Shown: positions 1-10,235 of the stretch, in pieces
How the letters are laid out: each line of letters starts with the position of its first letter
How positions within the stretch are numbered: position 1 is the first letter of the stretch
IMG/VR virus record: IMGVR_UViG_2706795930_000001
Span: 28,581-92,580 of that record
Origin: a virus
Taxonomy: Duplodnaviria > Caudoviricetes
DNA length: 64,000 nt
Reading direction: 5' to 3' (one strand)
Notes under the pieces: model-generated
Told to the model about the DNA's origin: nothing
The model's database searches: none
The model's input: only the letters and a program-made list of their open reading frames with translations
Position numbers and translations under genes: made by a program

Positions 1-288
1 AAGACAGTCAAGGTCCGGGACGCCTCGCCCTACGTGTTCGGCACAGACTACGACATCGGCCACCTCGTCGGATACGAGCTCGACGGCGTGATCTGGACCG
101 ACTACGTCACCGAGGCTACGTTCCGCGACGACCGAGAAGAGCGGGCGTTCTGGGACATCACCATCGGGGACGGCTCCGACGAAGAGTCGGGAAGCGTTCG
201 CGCACATCGAAAGATCTCGGGCCTGTTCTCGATCGCCAAGGATCTCGCGACCGATGTAGGCGCCGACCTGGGCCTGGGCGTGATCTGA
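1..288 (+). CDS. minor tail protein, C-terminal part (truncated by window)
   Basis: Open frame to TGA at 288; DYDIGHLVG...ITIGD resembles C-termini of actinophage Gp37-like minor tail proteins; tail-gene context. Confidence 0.6.
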   Translation, partial: KTVKVRDASPYVFGTDYDIGHLVGYELDGVIWTDYVTEATFRDDREERAFWDITIGDGSDEESGSVRAHRKISGLFSIAKDLATDVGADLGLGVI

Positions 289-416
289 GAGGCCTGTTTC
301 ACCTGGCCGGACGGCGATACGATCGTACTGAACGATCTGGCCGTTCGGCCATTCTCTGCGCTCACTCCATGCGAGTTCGACTGCGCACCCCTCATATTCA
401 CGATTGGCGGCTGCTT

Positions 417-1061
417 ATGGCTGACAGAGTCATTATCCTCCCGCATGTCTATCACGTTCAGCAGACCGGATGGACCTGCGGCCCTTCGGCTTTGAAGATG
501 GTTCTCTCGACGTTCGGCAAGAACGTGCCCGAGGCGACCCTCGCTAAGCAGTGTGGCACCACCCAGGACGGCACCGGCGACATAAACAACATCCGGCCAG
601 TCGCGAAGCGGCACACCGGAGTCGACTGGTCGCGACATGGTGCGCCATACGACCCTCCGACCCCGGCGCAGAAGGACCTGCTCTGGAAGACGTGCGTGGA
701 GACGATCGCCAACTCGCGCCGCGGCATGGTGATCAACATCTGGGCGCCGGCGGACAATCACCCGCCGGGATACCCGAACTACATGATCATGCACTACATC
801 TGCGCGGTAGGCATCGACCTCGACCGGCGGCTGATCTACATCGCCGACAGTGCGCGGTTCGGCGGCATCGAGCACTACTGGCTCGGCCTCGACAAGCTCG
901 CCAGCCTCATCCCCCCGAAGGCATGGATGGCATTGGCCAACCCTGTCACCCCGCGGCCGGCCGCCGAGCCCGACTTCTTCGACGGGTTCACCGCCGACGA
1001 GTTGCGAATCATCATCGCCGCGGCACGTCAGGTCGGCGACCCCCAGGAGGCGTCCGCGTGA
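417..1061 (+). CDS. lysin A, C39-like cysteine peptidase subunit
   Basis: QQTGWTCGPSA (catalytic Cys), HYICAVG, IYIADSA motifs; first gene of lysis cassette. Confidence 0.8.
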   Translation: MADRVIILPHVYHVQQTGWTCGPSALKMVLSTFGKNVPEATLAKQCGTTQDGTGDINNIRPVAKRHTGVDWSRHGAPYDPPTPAQKDLLWKTCVETIANSRRGMVINIWAPADNHPPGYPNYMIMHYICAVGIDLDRRLIYIADSARFGGIEHYWLGLDKLASLIPPKAWMALANPVTPRPAAEPDFFDGFTADELRIIIAAARQVGDPQEASA

Positions 1062-1993
1062 GCTTCCGCAGGGTCTACGGCAATGACTGGTCGGAAAACG
1101 GCTGGCGCATGTGCGATTCCAACGAGACCGTCGTCGTCACCGTCGCAGGGATGAAGCTGCGAGTGCGCGCCGGCTACGCCGCCACCGTCCTCGAAGCCTG
1201 GGCCCGTTGGTACCACGAGAATGTCGAACCCATCGACCTCTATAAGCCCACCGACGACTGGGGCTGGTCGGCCACGAACGACGTCGCGACGAGCAACCAC
1301 CTCAGCGGCACCGCGTTCGACCTGAATGCAACCCAGTACCCGTGGGGCGAGGATGCTCGCGACATCATGCCGGCCTCGAAGATCGCCAAGATTCGCGAGG
1401 GCCTAAAGCTATTCGAGGGCAACATCTTCTGGGGTCAGGACTGGTCCTACAAGGACCCGATGCACTACCAGCTCAACCACGGCACATCCGCCGGCACGGG
1501 CGCCTCGGACCGCCTCATCCAGTTCTGCAATCGGCGCATCCGTGACGGGCGCCTCATCACCGATCAACCCACGAAGGAAGAGGAAGGCCTGATGGCTGCA
1601 ATCTCCAAGGAAGACGCCACGACCGTAGTCGGCGCGGCAATCCAGACCGGCTCCCCGCAAGAGGACAACGGCAAGCGCGGCGACGACGCCGTGTTCGGCC
1701 CCCGTGCCATGCGGCATCCCGATCTGTACAACGTCGCCGGCGGTGCGCGACTGGCGAAGGCCCGCAAGAAGCTTGCCTATCTGCGCGCCATGGTCATGGA
1801 CATCTGGAACGAGGTGGTGTTCGACGGCTACGTCGCCGAGGTCGAAGATCCCCGGCTGGACGAGCGCAAGTTCGGCAGCCCGGTCGGCTTCATCCTGGCC
1901 GCACACGCGAACGCCCGCGAGGCCAACCTCGTCTCCCAGCGCGTCGCCGAGAACCTCGGCGTCGACATCTCCGACATCGTGAAGGAGGCCTGA
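1058..1993 (+). CDS. lysin A, M15 (L-Ala-D-Glu) peptidase subunit with C-terminal domain
   Basis: GTG overlapping upstream stop; SNHLSGTAFDLN and DPMHYQ zinc-peptidase motifs; SENGWRMCD N-terminus typical of actinophage lysins. Confidence 0.85.
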   Translation: MSFRRVYGNDWSENGWRMCDSNETVVVTVAGMKLRVRAGYAATVLEAWARWYHENVEPIDLYKPTDDWGWSATNDVATSNHLSGTAFDLNATQYPWGEDARDIMPASKIAKIREGLKLFEGNIFWGQDWSYKDPMHYQLNHGTSAGTGASDRLIQFCNRRIRDGRLITDQPTKEEEGLMAAISKEDATTVVGAAIQTGSPQEDNGKRGDDAVFGPRAMRHPDLYNVAGGARLAKARKKLAYLRAMVMDIWNEVVFDGYVAEVEDPRLDERKFGSPVGFILAAHANAREANLVSQRVAENLGVDISDIVKEA

Positions 1994-1995
1994 GC

Positions 1996-2409
1996 ATGGC
2001 CGAAATCAGCGTCCTCGACATCCGCTCCTGGTCCGACGTCCGGGCCTTCATCCACGTCGCCGCACCCACTGTCGGCGCGACCCTCATGGGCTCGTCTGCG
2101 TTCATGGGCGAGCACGGAGCCGCACTCACCGCAGTCATCGGCCTGCTCGTCGCACTGACCAGCCCCGCCCTCTCGGTCGCCAACACCGCGAGCGGCTTCC
2201 GAGCCTGGTTCTACCCGGTCCTCGGAGCCGGCGGCGCGGCCCTGGGCACCTTCGGCATCGTCACCGACACGCAGTGGGGCCTGTACAGCGCGATCGCAGT
2301 GATCCTCCTCGGCGCCGGCACCGCGAGCGCGAACACACCCACCACGTCCTCGTGGTCGATCAAGGCTGATCCGGCAGTCGTCGCCGCACGAGCCCCGATC
2401 TCCGAATGA
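1996..2409 (+). CDS. holin
   Basis: About 4 hydrophobic segments, directly after the lysins. Confidence 0.7.
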   Translation: MAEISVLDIRSWSDVRAFIHVAAPTVGATLMGSSAFMGEHGAALTAVIGLLVALTSPALSVANTASGFRAWFYPVLGAGGAALGTFGIVTDTQWGLYSAIAVILLGAGTASANTPTTSSWSIKADPAVVAARAPISE

Positions 2410-2418
2410 TCGCGCCAC

Positions 2419-2874
2419 ATGCTTATCACGAAGTTCCTCAAATGGGTTGACAGCGAGAGTCTTCGGCTGCCGCAGGCAATCATCTACTCCGCCTTCTGGC
2501 TGGCCGGGATCTACATGCTGACCCTCAACCGGACCCCATCGGTCGTCACCGAATCGATGGGGCCCGGTTGGCACTTTGCCTGGACCGCCATGCTCGCTCT
2601 CTGCCCGGTCGTCGTGCTCGTCGGCTACCGAATGACCGACCAATACACAGGCCTGTCGCTGCAGCTCGGCAACAACGCTGCGATCACCCTCTGCCTCCTG
2701 GGCTACGGCGGCGCACTGATCGAACAGGGCCAGCTCGGCAAGGGCACGTTCGCGCTGTTCACCACTCTCGCCCTGGTTCTCGTCACAGCCATCATCACCC
2801 TTCGCGACTGGCGCCGACTCCAGTTCATCGAGGCCGTCGCAAAGGAATTGGACGAAACCCCCCATGAGCTCTGA
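2419..2874 (+). CDS. 4-TM membrane protein of lysis cassette
   Basis: Hydrophobic helices; position after holin. Confidence 0.65.
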   Translation: MLITKFLKWVDSESLRLPQAIIYSAFWLAGIYMLTLNRTPSVVTESMGPGWHFAWTAMLALCPVVVLVGYRMTDQYTGLSLQLGNNAAITLCLLGYGGALIEQGQLGKGTFALFTTLALVLVTAIITLRDWRRLQFIEAVAKELDETPHEL

Positions 2875-3244
2875 ACTCGTCAACCTCTTCATCGGCCTCG
2901 GTGTCGGGTCGATCATCGTCGCCGTGATCAACGGCCTCTTCAACCGCGGCAGCAACAAAGCCGCGGCGGCCAAGCTGGTGACGGACACAGCCAAGGTCGC
3001 AAACGACATGGTCCGCGAGATCGCCGACGACATCCGCGAGGACAACGAGTTCCTCCGCACCGCGCTCGCTCAGCTCAACACCCGCTTCGAGGAAACCGAC
3101 CGCCGACTGGGGATCATCAGCGCCCAACTCGCTCTCGTTGTGCGCGAACTCGAAGCCTCGATCCCACTCCTCGATCAGGCCGGGCACCTCCAGCACGCCG
3201 ACCACCTCCGCCAAGTCGTTCACGACGTCCGCGACGAGAACTGA
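2864..3244 (+). CDS. single-TM coiled-coil membrane protein of lysis cassette
   Basis: N-terminal TM followed by heptad-like helix. Confidence 0.65.
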   Translation: MSSELVNLFIGLGVGSIIVAVINGLFNRGSNKAAAAKLVTDTAKVANDMVREIADDIREDNEFLRTALAQLNTRFEETDRRLGIISAQLALVVRELEASIPLLDQAGHLQHADHLRQVVHDVRDEN

Positions 3245-3258
3245 AGGACCTGTCACCG

Positions 3259-4332
3259 ATGACCACCTACGACGAACTGTATGGCCCGCCCGTCGATGTG
3301 CTGCACCCGACGATCAACGTCTACGCAGTCGACGACGGCGAGGGCCTGCCGATCAGGCACCTCGCGATCATGCTGACACCCGGCGAAGGCCGCATGGAGC
3401 TGCCCCGCGGTCGCAAGGGCGACAAAGGCGACCAGGGCGAACCAGCGCGGCCGTGGACGATCATGGGCGACAAGACCACCGAGGGAATCGCTGCACTGAA
3501 CCTCGGCCCGACCGACGCCGGCCTCGCATGGCGCAACTCCGACACGAACGCACTGCACTACTGGTCGGGTGGGGCCTGGGTCGTGCTCAGCGAAGCGTTC
3601 GGCACCGAAGGTCCCGTCGGGCCCGCAGGCTCGCTCCAAGGTGTGAGCATCGTGATGAAGGCCGCCGGCACCGAGCCCGAGGCATACGTGTCCGGGCCAT
3701 CCGGCAACCAGACCCTGAATCTGCGCATCCCGGAGAAGCCGGGCCCGAAGGGCGACACCGGACCGGCGGCCGCCATCTCGGTGGCCAGCGACTACGACAA
3801 CACGATCCCCGCCGCAACCGGCGACGTCCTGACTCGACAGACCAACGGCAAGTGGGCCCCTGGCAGTTCGCCGAAGATGCGCTACTACAGCATCCCCGAG
3901 GGCTCATTCACCGACACCGGTGAGATCTGGAGCGGCACCCGCCAGACGCTGACCAGCTTCTCCCTCGACCAGCTGTCCTACGCCTCGTGGCTGGAGATCA
4001 CAGGCCACCTGCGCGGCGCGTCGGGCATCCCGGCATCCAGCCTCGCGGTCGAGGTCCGGGTAGGCGACGCAGCCACCGGCGAGCTGATCGCCCGCGGCAT
4101 CACCACGACCCGCAACGGCGAGCACATCATCAACGTCCGGCCGCACTACTCGACGAACGCCCAGCCCAATCGCATCGCATCGCCCGGCACGGCCGTGGGT
4201 GTCATCCCCGCCAACCACACGGGCAACGCGGGCACGATCTACGTCACCGCCATCCGCACCAGCGGACTGGGTTCCATTCGCGTCACTGCCGACGACGCCC
4301 AGCTACTGATCAAGCGCTTCCCGGCGGCCTGA
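3259..4332 (+). CDS. minor tail protein with collagen-like repeats
   Basis: GRKGDKGDQGEP and GPKGDTGP Gly-X-Y repeats; LHYWSGGAW motif. Confidence 0.8.
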   Translation: MTTYDELYGPPVDVLHPTINVYAVDDGEGLPIRHLAIMLTPGEGRMELPRGRKGDKGDQGEPARPWTIMGDKTTEGIAALNLGPTDAGLAWRNSDTNALHYWSGGAWVVLSEAFGTEGPVGPAGSLQGVSIVMKAAGTEPEAYVSGPSGNQTLNLRIPEKPGPKGDTGPAAAISVASDYDNTIPAATGDVLTRQTNGKWAPGSSPKMRYYSIPEGSFTDTGEIWSGTRQTLTSFSLDQLSYASWLEITGHLRGASGIPASSLAVEVRVGDAATGELIARGITTTRNGEHIINVRPHYSTNAQPNRIASPGTAVGVIPANHTGNAGTIYVTAIRTSGLGSIRVTADDAQLLIKRFPAA

Positions 4333-4336
4333 TCCC

Positions 4337-6085
4337 ATGAACGACAACTCCCAGCGGTCCGCTGAAATGCTGCTCCGGCACTTCAGCGGACTCATGGACT
4401 CCCAGGCCGCCGACACCCAGGAGCTGTTCGACTCCTTCCTGCCCATCCAGGACTTCGTCAAGGCGGTCGTCGACACCCTGGGTGGCGACAGTGGGGCCCT
4501 CGGCCGGTTCCTGAGCACCTGGCTCGATTCGATCGACTGGCTGAACGTCGAGAACTGGGCCTTCGAGGTCCCCGGCCTCGACATGCTCCAGCGCGTCGTC
4601 AACCAGGTCATGGACATCCTGAACGGCCTGATCGTCACCCCGATCAACAACGCGGTGGCTGGAATCAAGGACTGGTTCGCCGGCCTGCTGGGGTGGCGCA
4701 ACAACACCGACACGGCGATCGCTGCGACCGACGGCAAGGCGGGCGATGCCAAGTCCCTCGCCGAGGCCGCGCAGGCGATCAGCAGCCAGATCGCGTCCAA
4801 CATCAACGCACTGGGCAAGGGCTCGGCCGTAGGCGAAGGCCCGGTGGCCGACATCTGGGGCACCATCGCCGACCTCATCTTCCGTGCATCCGACGCACAA
4901 CAGCGCGCATCTGACGCCCAGTCAACGCTCCAGGGACTACTCAACCGGGACGAGGCTGAGCAGTCGGGCGGAAACAGCGGCGGCGACGACTTCAACCGCG
5001 ACAACGCCGCATCCCTTGGGAGCAACTGGGCGCAAACGATATTCGGCCACGCCAGCGCCAACGTCATCGTCGAGGGCAACGCCGCGGTCGCCGCGCATGG
5101 CGGCGGCAACGTCCCCGACACCTGGATCTACAACCGATGGGTGGGGTCGGTGCGCCCCGCCACCGACTTCCATCAGGTGACGTTCATCGGCACCGGACGC
5201 TTCGGCAACCTGGGAGACCCGCACAACAGCGTTCTCGGACGGTGGGACGGCGCGTTCGTCGGCAACTCTCCGCGCAACGCGGTCATGCTCACCTACTCGA
5301 AGAGCCAGAACCTCACGCTCACCAAGTTCATCAACGGCGTGCAGACCGTGATCGCCCAGCGAAAGATCACCATCAACTCCGGCGATCGACTCCAATTGCG
5401 CTGCGGCACAATGTCCTCAGACAAGCAGTTCCAGGCGCTCGTGAACGGTTCCGCGGTACTGACGGTAACCGACAACACCACGCTGATGGGGGAGGGCTAC
5501 CGCGAGACCGGGATGGTCCACTTCATCTCGAACTCGTTCGGTATCGGCCACCTCCCGGCAGCCATCGCCGATTGGTCTTTCTCGGACATCCCCGGCGCGG
5601 GTAGCATCAGTGGCAACGGATTTCGGGTCTACCGGACATCCGCCACGGCAGTATCCGTCTCGGCAGCCTCGCAGGTCCCGAGCGGGTTCTTCGACAACGC
5701 CGACATCGCTCCCAACCTGAACGCCAACCTGTCCGACCGCGGCCGCGGAGTCTTCACCATCCCCAAGTCCGGCTGGTGGGACATCGAGTTCAAAGTCGAT
5801 GGCCAGAAGACCTCAACAACACAGGGCACCTGGGTCGTGGACATGCGCCTCTACTACGGCGCGAACCTTGAGTTCAACACGCTCATCGGCAAGCCGGCGT
5901 ACGTCAAGACCGCCGACAACAGCTCGACCTACCAGATCCCCGGTGGGCTCGAATCGCGCTGCCGCCGATACTTCCCGGCTGGCTACAAGATCGCCCCCGG
6001 CTTCGGCGTCGACTGTGACATCACCCAGGTGATCGCCGAAGCCAGCGGGTCGATGGTCAGCTTCTCAGCAGTTCTCCTCTCCTAA
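4337..6085 (+). CDS. minor tail protein
   Basis: 582 aa; helical N-terminus, DDFNR...LGSNW beta-sandwich domain common in actinophage tails. Confidence 0.8.
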   Translation: MNDNSQRSAEMLLRHFSGLMDSQAADTQELFDSFLPIQDFVKAVVDTLGGDSGALGRFLSTWLDSIDWLNVENWAFEVPGLDMLQRVVNQVMDILNGLIVTPINNAVAGIKDWFAGLLGWRNNTDTAIAATDGKAGDAKSLAEAAQAISSQIASNINALGKGSAVGEGPVADIWGTIADLIFRASDAQQRASDAQSTLQGLLNRDEAEQSGGNSGGDDFNRDNAASLGSNWAQTIFGHASANVIVEGNAAVAAHGGGNVPDTWIYNRWVGSVRPATDFHQVTFIGTGRFGNLGDPHNSVLGRWDGAFVGNSPRNAVMLTYSKSQNLTLTKFINGVQTVIAQRKITINSGDRLQLRCGTMSSDKQFQALVNGSAVLTVTDNTTLMGEGYRETGMVHFISNSFGIGHLPAAIADWSFSDIPGAGSISGNGFRVYRTSATAVSVSAASQVPSGFFDNADIAPNLNANLSDRGRGVFTIPKSGWWDIEFKVDGQKTSTTQGTWVVDMRLYYGANLEFNTLIGKPAYVKTADNSSTYQIPGGLESRCRRYFPAGYKIAPGFGVDCDITQVIAEASGSMVSFSAVLLS

Positions 6086-6099
6086 CCCGAAGGGTCACA

Positions 6100-6270
6100 G
6101 TGGAATCCGTCCAGTTCACTTTCGACAGCCTCCCTGGTGTCACGTTCACGGCGACTCGGGGTGGCGACAACGGCGACCAGTGGATCGACATCGTCTTCCA
6201 TTCTGATGCGGACGGCGAGTTCCTTGGGCAGGTCGGCACCACCGGCCCTGGCCTGCAGCCGAATCAGTAA
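6100..6270 (+). CDS. small tail-region protein (56 aa, not in ORF track)
   Basis: GTG after GAAGGG; VESVQFTFDSLPGVTFTATRGG...; fills the gap between tail genes. Confidence 0.6.
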   Translation: MESVQFTFDSLPGVTFTATRGGDNGDQWIDIVFHSDADGEFLGQVGTTGPGLQPNQ

Positions 6271-6282
6271 GGGAGCCAGACC

Positions 6283-6987
6283 ATGGCCGACATCACGTTC
6301 ATGCACGTCACGGGGCAGTGGGGTCACGTCATTGACGACACCACGCTCGACCCCGACTCCGACCCCGACGAGGTGCGCCCGACCGGGTCGATTCGATTCA
6401 CCCCGCAGGTCGACTGGCTCCCAACCGGGACGCCCACCCGCTCGGTCTCGGCCAGTCCCGTCTCGGCCACGATCGAACAGGGCGAGATCCGGGACCTGCA
6501 GGGCCGTAACGGCGTCCGCCTCGTCGCGACGATCGGCGGACAGCGCCTCCGATGGAAGGCCGAGATCTCCATCAAATACAAGGGCACCGCCCTCATGACG
6601 CAGACCGTCACCTTCCGAGCTCCTGCCGACGGGTCAACCACGCTGCGACTCAACGACGTCGCAGCCGACAACGCCCCAGTTGACGACGGCCGCCAGCCCA
6701 CCCCGGTCGCCGATCTCAACCTCCCCACGATCGGCGACTACGTCTACAGCTACAGGCTCAGCTCCGGCGAGTTCCCCGCCGGCTCGGAGCTGTACTACGC
6801 CATCGGTGCCGCCCCCACCCCGGATGTTCGCTGGGACTTCACGATATCCGGTGGTGAAGCAACCATCCGCGTTCCGGGCGCCGACATCGCGGAGGTTACA
6901 AGCGCCGAGTCCTACTGGCTCATGTTCCGGCAGTCGGCCACCGGGCCGGTCATCGAGCTGCTCACTGGAAAGGTCCGCAAGAAGTGA
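6283..6987 (+). CDS. tail-associated protein
   Basis: SD AAGGGAG; DDTTLDPDSDPD...GSIRFTP motif seen in actinophage tail regions. Confidence 0.7.
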   Translation: MADITFMHVTGQWGHVIDDTTLDPDSDPDEVRPTGSIRFTPQVDWLPTGTPTRSVSASPVSATIEQGEIRDLQGRNGVRLVATIGGQRLRWKAEISIKYKGTALMTQTVTFRAPADGSTTLRLNDVAADNAPVDDGRQPTPVADLNLPTIGDYVYSYRLSSGEFPAGSELYYAIGAAPTPDVRWDFTISGGEATIRVPGADIAEVTSAESYWLMFRQSATGPVIELLTGKVRKK

Positions 6988-9900
6988 TCCTCATCGGCGC
7001 CGACGGCGCGAATGTCGCAGTAGCCGACGACACTTCAGGAGTCGTGCGGCCGCCGAGCACACCCCGCACCATCCTGATCCCGGTGCCGGGAACGAAGGGC
7101 GACACGGGTGAGCGGGGAGCGAAGGGCGACAAGGGCGACCGCGGCGACAAAGGCGACCTGGGCCCCAAGGGCGACAAGGGCGACAAGGGCGACCAGGGAA
7201 TCCAGGGCCCGGCGGGGCCCGCGGTCTCCGAGGCTGACCAGGTCGCTATCGCACTGCGCCCCGAGGGCGTCTACGCCTGGCACGACCACCTCGCATTCGG
7301 CAAGTTCGTGCCCTACCCGACCTACGAGCGCCGCACGGGGTCTACCTGGGCAGCGGTAGCCATGAACGATGTGCTGAAGCAGGCGTTCGACTCGCGGGAG
7401 CTGACCTCCGCCGAGTATATGGCGGCAGACTCGGCATACGACGCAATCAGATTCACCTGGAACAGCTCGAACCTGGCCTATGCCGGAATCAAGTACTTTC
7501 TGATCGCACTGGCGCACAGCGCCGTGGCCCGCACGATCAAATTCTCGGTAGAGGATTCCGTAGACGGCGTCACGTGGGTCGCGAGAGGCACGCTCACCAC
7601 TAGCGCCAATGCGTCCACGGTGTTCGTCCCCTGCACTCAGGGCGGGTCCGGACAGACCTGGCTCAGGCTCATCGCGGAACGCATCGCCGGCACCGGCAAT
7701 GTCAACTTCGCGTCGATCCAGACCATGACACAGCGCAAGGGCAACCAGGGTGGCGGCAAGGAGAATGAACTCCCGTTCTCCTGGGATGTCAACCGCACCG
7801 TTGCATTCGACGGAATCAAGATTGCCCGGGCTGATGCCGCCGCGGGTCGGTATCTCCGTGCCACAGGTACGGATGGGTCGGTGGAGTGGAGCGACGCCCC
7901 CGTCGTCACCTCGGGCAACCAGAGCATTGCGGGCGAGAAGACATTCACTGGCCTACTTCGGGCATCGGGCGGCGCCAACCGAAGCCTGATTATCGACGGG
8001 GTCAACGGCAACCACTCGATCGAGATCGGACGCCAGGACGGCGCCGCCTCCACTCCGTTCATCGATTTCCATTCAGGCGCAACTGCGGTCGACCACGACG
8101 CCCGCATTATCGCATCAGACGGAAACGGCACACAGGCCGGCGGAAACCTCCAAGTCAACGCCAACCGATTCCGAACGCTGGCGTACTTCGAGCCGCTTCG
8201 CCCCACGATCCTGAGCCCCGACACCCGGTCGATCACCGGCGAGATGACGACAATCAGTCGCCCCCTCACGGTGTGCAGCCCGTCCACGGCCGACATCACC
8301 ATCACCCCGCCGAGCACCGCCGCCGAGGGCCTAGTGTTCACGCTCATCAAGAACCTCGACAACCCGCACAAGGTGACCATCCCCGGGGTGTTCATCGGCT
8401 ACGGCAGCGAGGTTGTTCTTCGGGCTCAGGGTGACACGGTCACGTTCATGACCACAGGTGTAGCGGGGACATTCCGCATCCTCAGTCGCACCATCGCCGC
8501 CGACGTGGCCGGGTTCGAGGTCAAGTCCGCGAAGGGCGCAGCCAATGGCTATGCTGCCCTCGACGCCGGCGGTAAGGTGCCGATCGGTCAGCTGCCGTCG
8601 TCGATCATGGAGTACAAGGGCGTCTGGAACGCCTCGACGAACTCGCCCACACTGGCCAACGGGACCGGCGACGCGGGCGATGTCTACCGCGTAACCACCG
8701 CGGGTACACGCAACCTCGGCGCCGGGAATATCGAGTTCACCGTCGGCGACTACGTGGTGTACAACAGCTCCGGCCAGTGGGAGAAGTCCGACACCACCGA
8801 CTCGGTCGCGAGCGTGGCCGGGCTCGTCGGCGTCATCACTGTGGCCGGCCTGAAGACCGCCCTCGCGCTCAGCAACGTCGACAACACCCGCGACGTCGAC
8901 AAGCCAATCAGCACCGCGGTGCAGGGCGCGCTCGACGCCAAGGTCGACCGCCTCACTGAACCCTGGAAGATCTACTCCACCAGCGACACCGGGCTGCACG
9001 GACTGGACTTCGCCGGGAATGCCGCGACGCCGTGGACGATCGCGCAGCGCGGCGAAGGTGGGCGTACGAAGGTCGGCGACCCGCTCGTGGCCGATGACGC
9101 GGCACCCAAGGGATACGTCGACACCGCGGCCGCCTCGAAGCTGGACAGGGCCAGCGCGGGCGTGTTCAGCGTGCGGGACTACGGTGCCGTCGGCGACGGC
9201 GCAGCGAACGACCAGCCAGCGATCATGGCGGCCATCGCCGCGGCCCAGGCCGCCGGCGGAGGTGAGGTGTTCTTCCCCGCAGGTGCATACAAGGTCGCGA
9301 GCACGGTCGGCACCGGCTCGACGGCGATCACGAACGTGGTTCTGCGCGGAGCCGGGAACTCGGCGTCGAAGATCGTCGCGGGCGGCAACTTCCCGCCCAT
9401 CTCGGGGTCCTTCTACCGGTCGACGATCAAGGACCTCACCGTCGACGCCGCCGGTCTCGGCGGCCCGGGGATGAACCTGCACATGGTCGAGTCCCGGGTG
9501 TCTGGCGTACTGATCGATCGCTGGACCACGTACGGGATGGTCCTGAACGACGGCAGCTTCGGCGACGTCGGGCTTCTCAACGTCATCGACAACTGCCACA
9601 TCGTGCAGGGCACCGGCATCGGCATCTTCCAGACCTACCGCTGGGTCGACTCGTGGATCTTGAACAACAACATCGGTTCCACCGACGCGAACCTGTCGCT
9701 GGAAGGTGGCCCCATCCGCGTCATCGGGAACCACCTGGACGGCTCCCCGCTGCGGAACATCGACCTTCGCGGAAACAAGCGCATCACGATCACGGACAAC
9801 ATCCTGGAAGGCGCTCGGCGTGAGGCGATCCGATACGTCATGCCGTCGTGGCTGACCTCGGACTCACCGCAGATTCAGATCACCGCCAACAACTTCTCGA

Positions 9901-10235
9901 ACGGCGGCAAGGAGGCAGCGGGCAGCTTCCCGGCCATCGCCTTCACCGGCGTGAGCTCGACGGCGCGGCTGTCCGGGCTGTCGGTGACCGGCAACATCTT
10001 CGCCTGCGAGGATGCGGGCTCAGGATGGTCGCACTGCGTCAAGGCCGAGTACGCCGACGGCATTGCGGTTTCGAGCAACCAGTGGGAGCTGGGGTACACC
10101 GTCAGTCCGGTGAGCTACGGCGACGGACAGCACATCTCACTGGCCGGCAATACGACCGACGCCTCGGTCGTGATCGGAGCCCTGCCCACCGTTGGCCGCC
10201 CCGGCGTGCTGTACGTCGTCCCGGCGGTGGCCTGA
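6984..10235 (+). CDS. tail fibre/spike: collagen repeats plus C-terminal pectin-lyase-like beta-helix
   Basis: (GDK)n collagen repeats; SVRDYGAVGDG...AIMAAI...VFFPAGAY start of pectate_lyase_3 fold; parallel beta-helix repeats. Confidence 0.85.
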   Translation: MILIGADGANVAVADDTSGVVRPPSTPRTILIPVPGTKGDTGERGAKGDKGDRGDKGDLGPKGDKGDKGDQGIQGPAGPAVSEADQVAIALRPEGVYAWHDHLAFGKFVPYPTYERRTGSTWAAVAMNDVLKQAFDSRELTSAEYMAADSAYDAIRFTWNSSNLAYAGIKYFLIALAHSAVARTIKFSVEDSVDGVTWVARGTLTTSANASTVFVPCTQGGSGQTWLRLIAERIAGTGNVNFASIQTMTQRKGNQGGGKENELPFSWDVNRTVAFDGIKIARADAAAGRYLRATGTDGSVEWSDAPVVTSGNQSIAGEKTFTGLLRASGGANRSLIIDGVNGNHSIEIGRQDGAASTPFIDFHSGATAVDHDARIIASDGNGTQAGGNLQVNANRFRTLAYFEPLRPTILSPDTRSITGEMTTISRPLTVCSPSTADITITPPSTAAEGLVFTLIKNLDNPHKVTIPGVFIGYGSEVVLRAQGDTVTFMTTGVAGTFRILSRTIAADVAGFEVKSAKGAANGYAALDAGGKVPIGQLPSSIMEYKGVWNASTNSPTLANGTGDAGDVYRVTTAGTRNLGAGNIEFTVGDYVVYNSSGQWEKSDTTDSVASVAGLVGVITVAGLKTALALSNVDNTRDVDKPISTAVQGALDAKVDRLTEPWKIYSTSDTGLHGLDFAGNAATPWTIAQRGEGGRTKVGDPLVADDAAPKGYVDTAAASKLDRASAGVFSVRDYGAVGDGAANDQPAIMAAIAAAQAAGGGEVFFPAGAYKVASTVGTGSTAITNVVLRGAGNSASKIVAGGNFPPISGSFYRSTIKDLTVDAAGLGGPGMNLHMVESRVSGVLIDRWTTYGMVLNDGSFGDVGLLNVIDNCHIVQGTGIGIFQTYRWVDSWILNNNIGSTDANLSLEGGPIRVIGNHLDGSPLRNIDLRGNKRITITDNILEGARREAIRYVMPSWLTSDSPQIQITANNFSNGGKEAAGSFPAIAFTGVSSTARLSGLSVTGNIFACEDAGSGWSHCVKAEYADGIAVSSNQWELGYTVSPVSYGDGQHISLAGNTTDASVVIGALPTVGRPGVLYVVPAVA

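Noticed and set aside
7096-7220. AAGGGCGAC tandem repeats
   Set aside because: Simply encode collagen-like Gly-Asp-Lys repeats of the tail fibre
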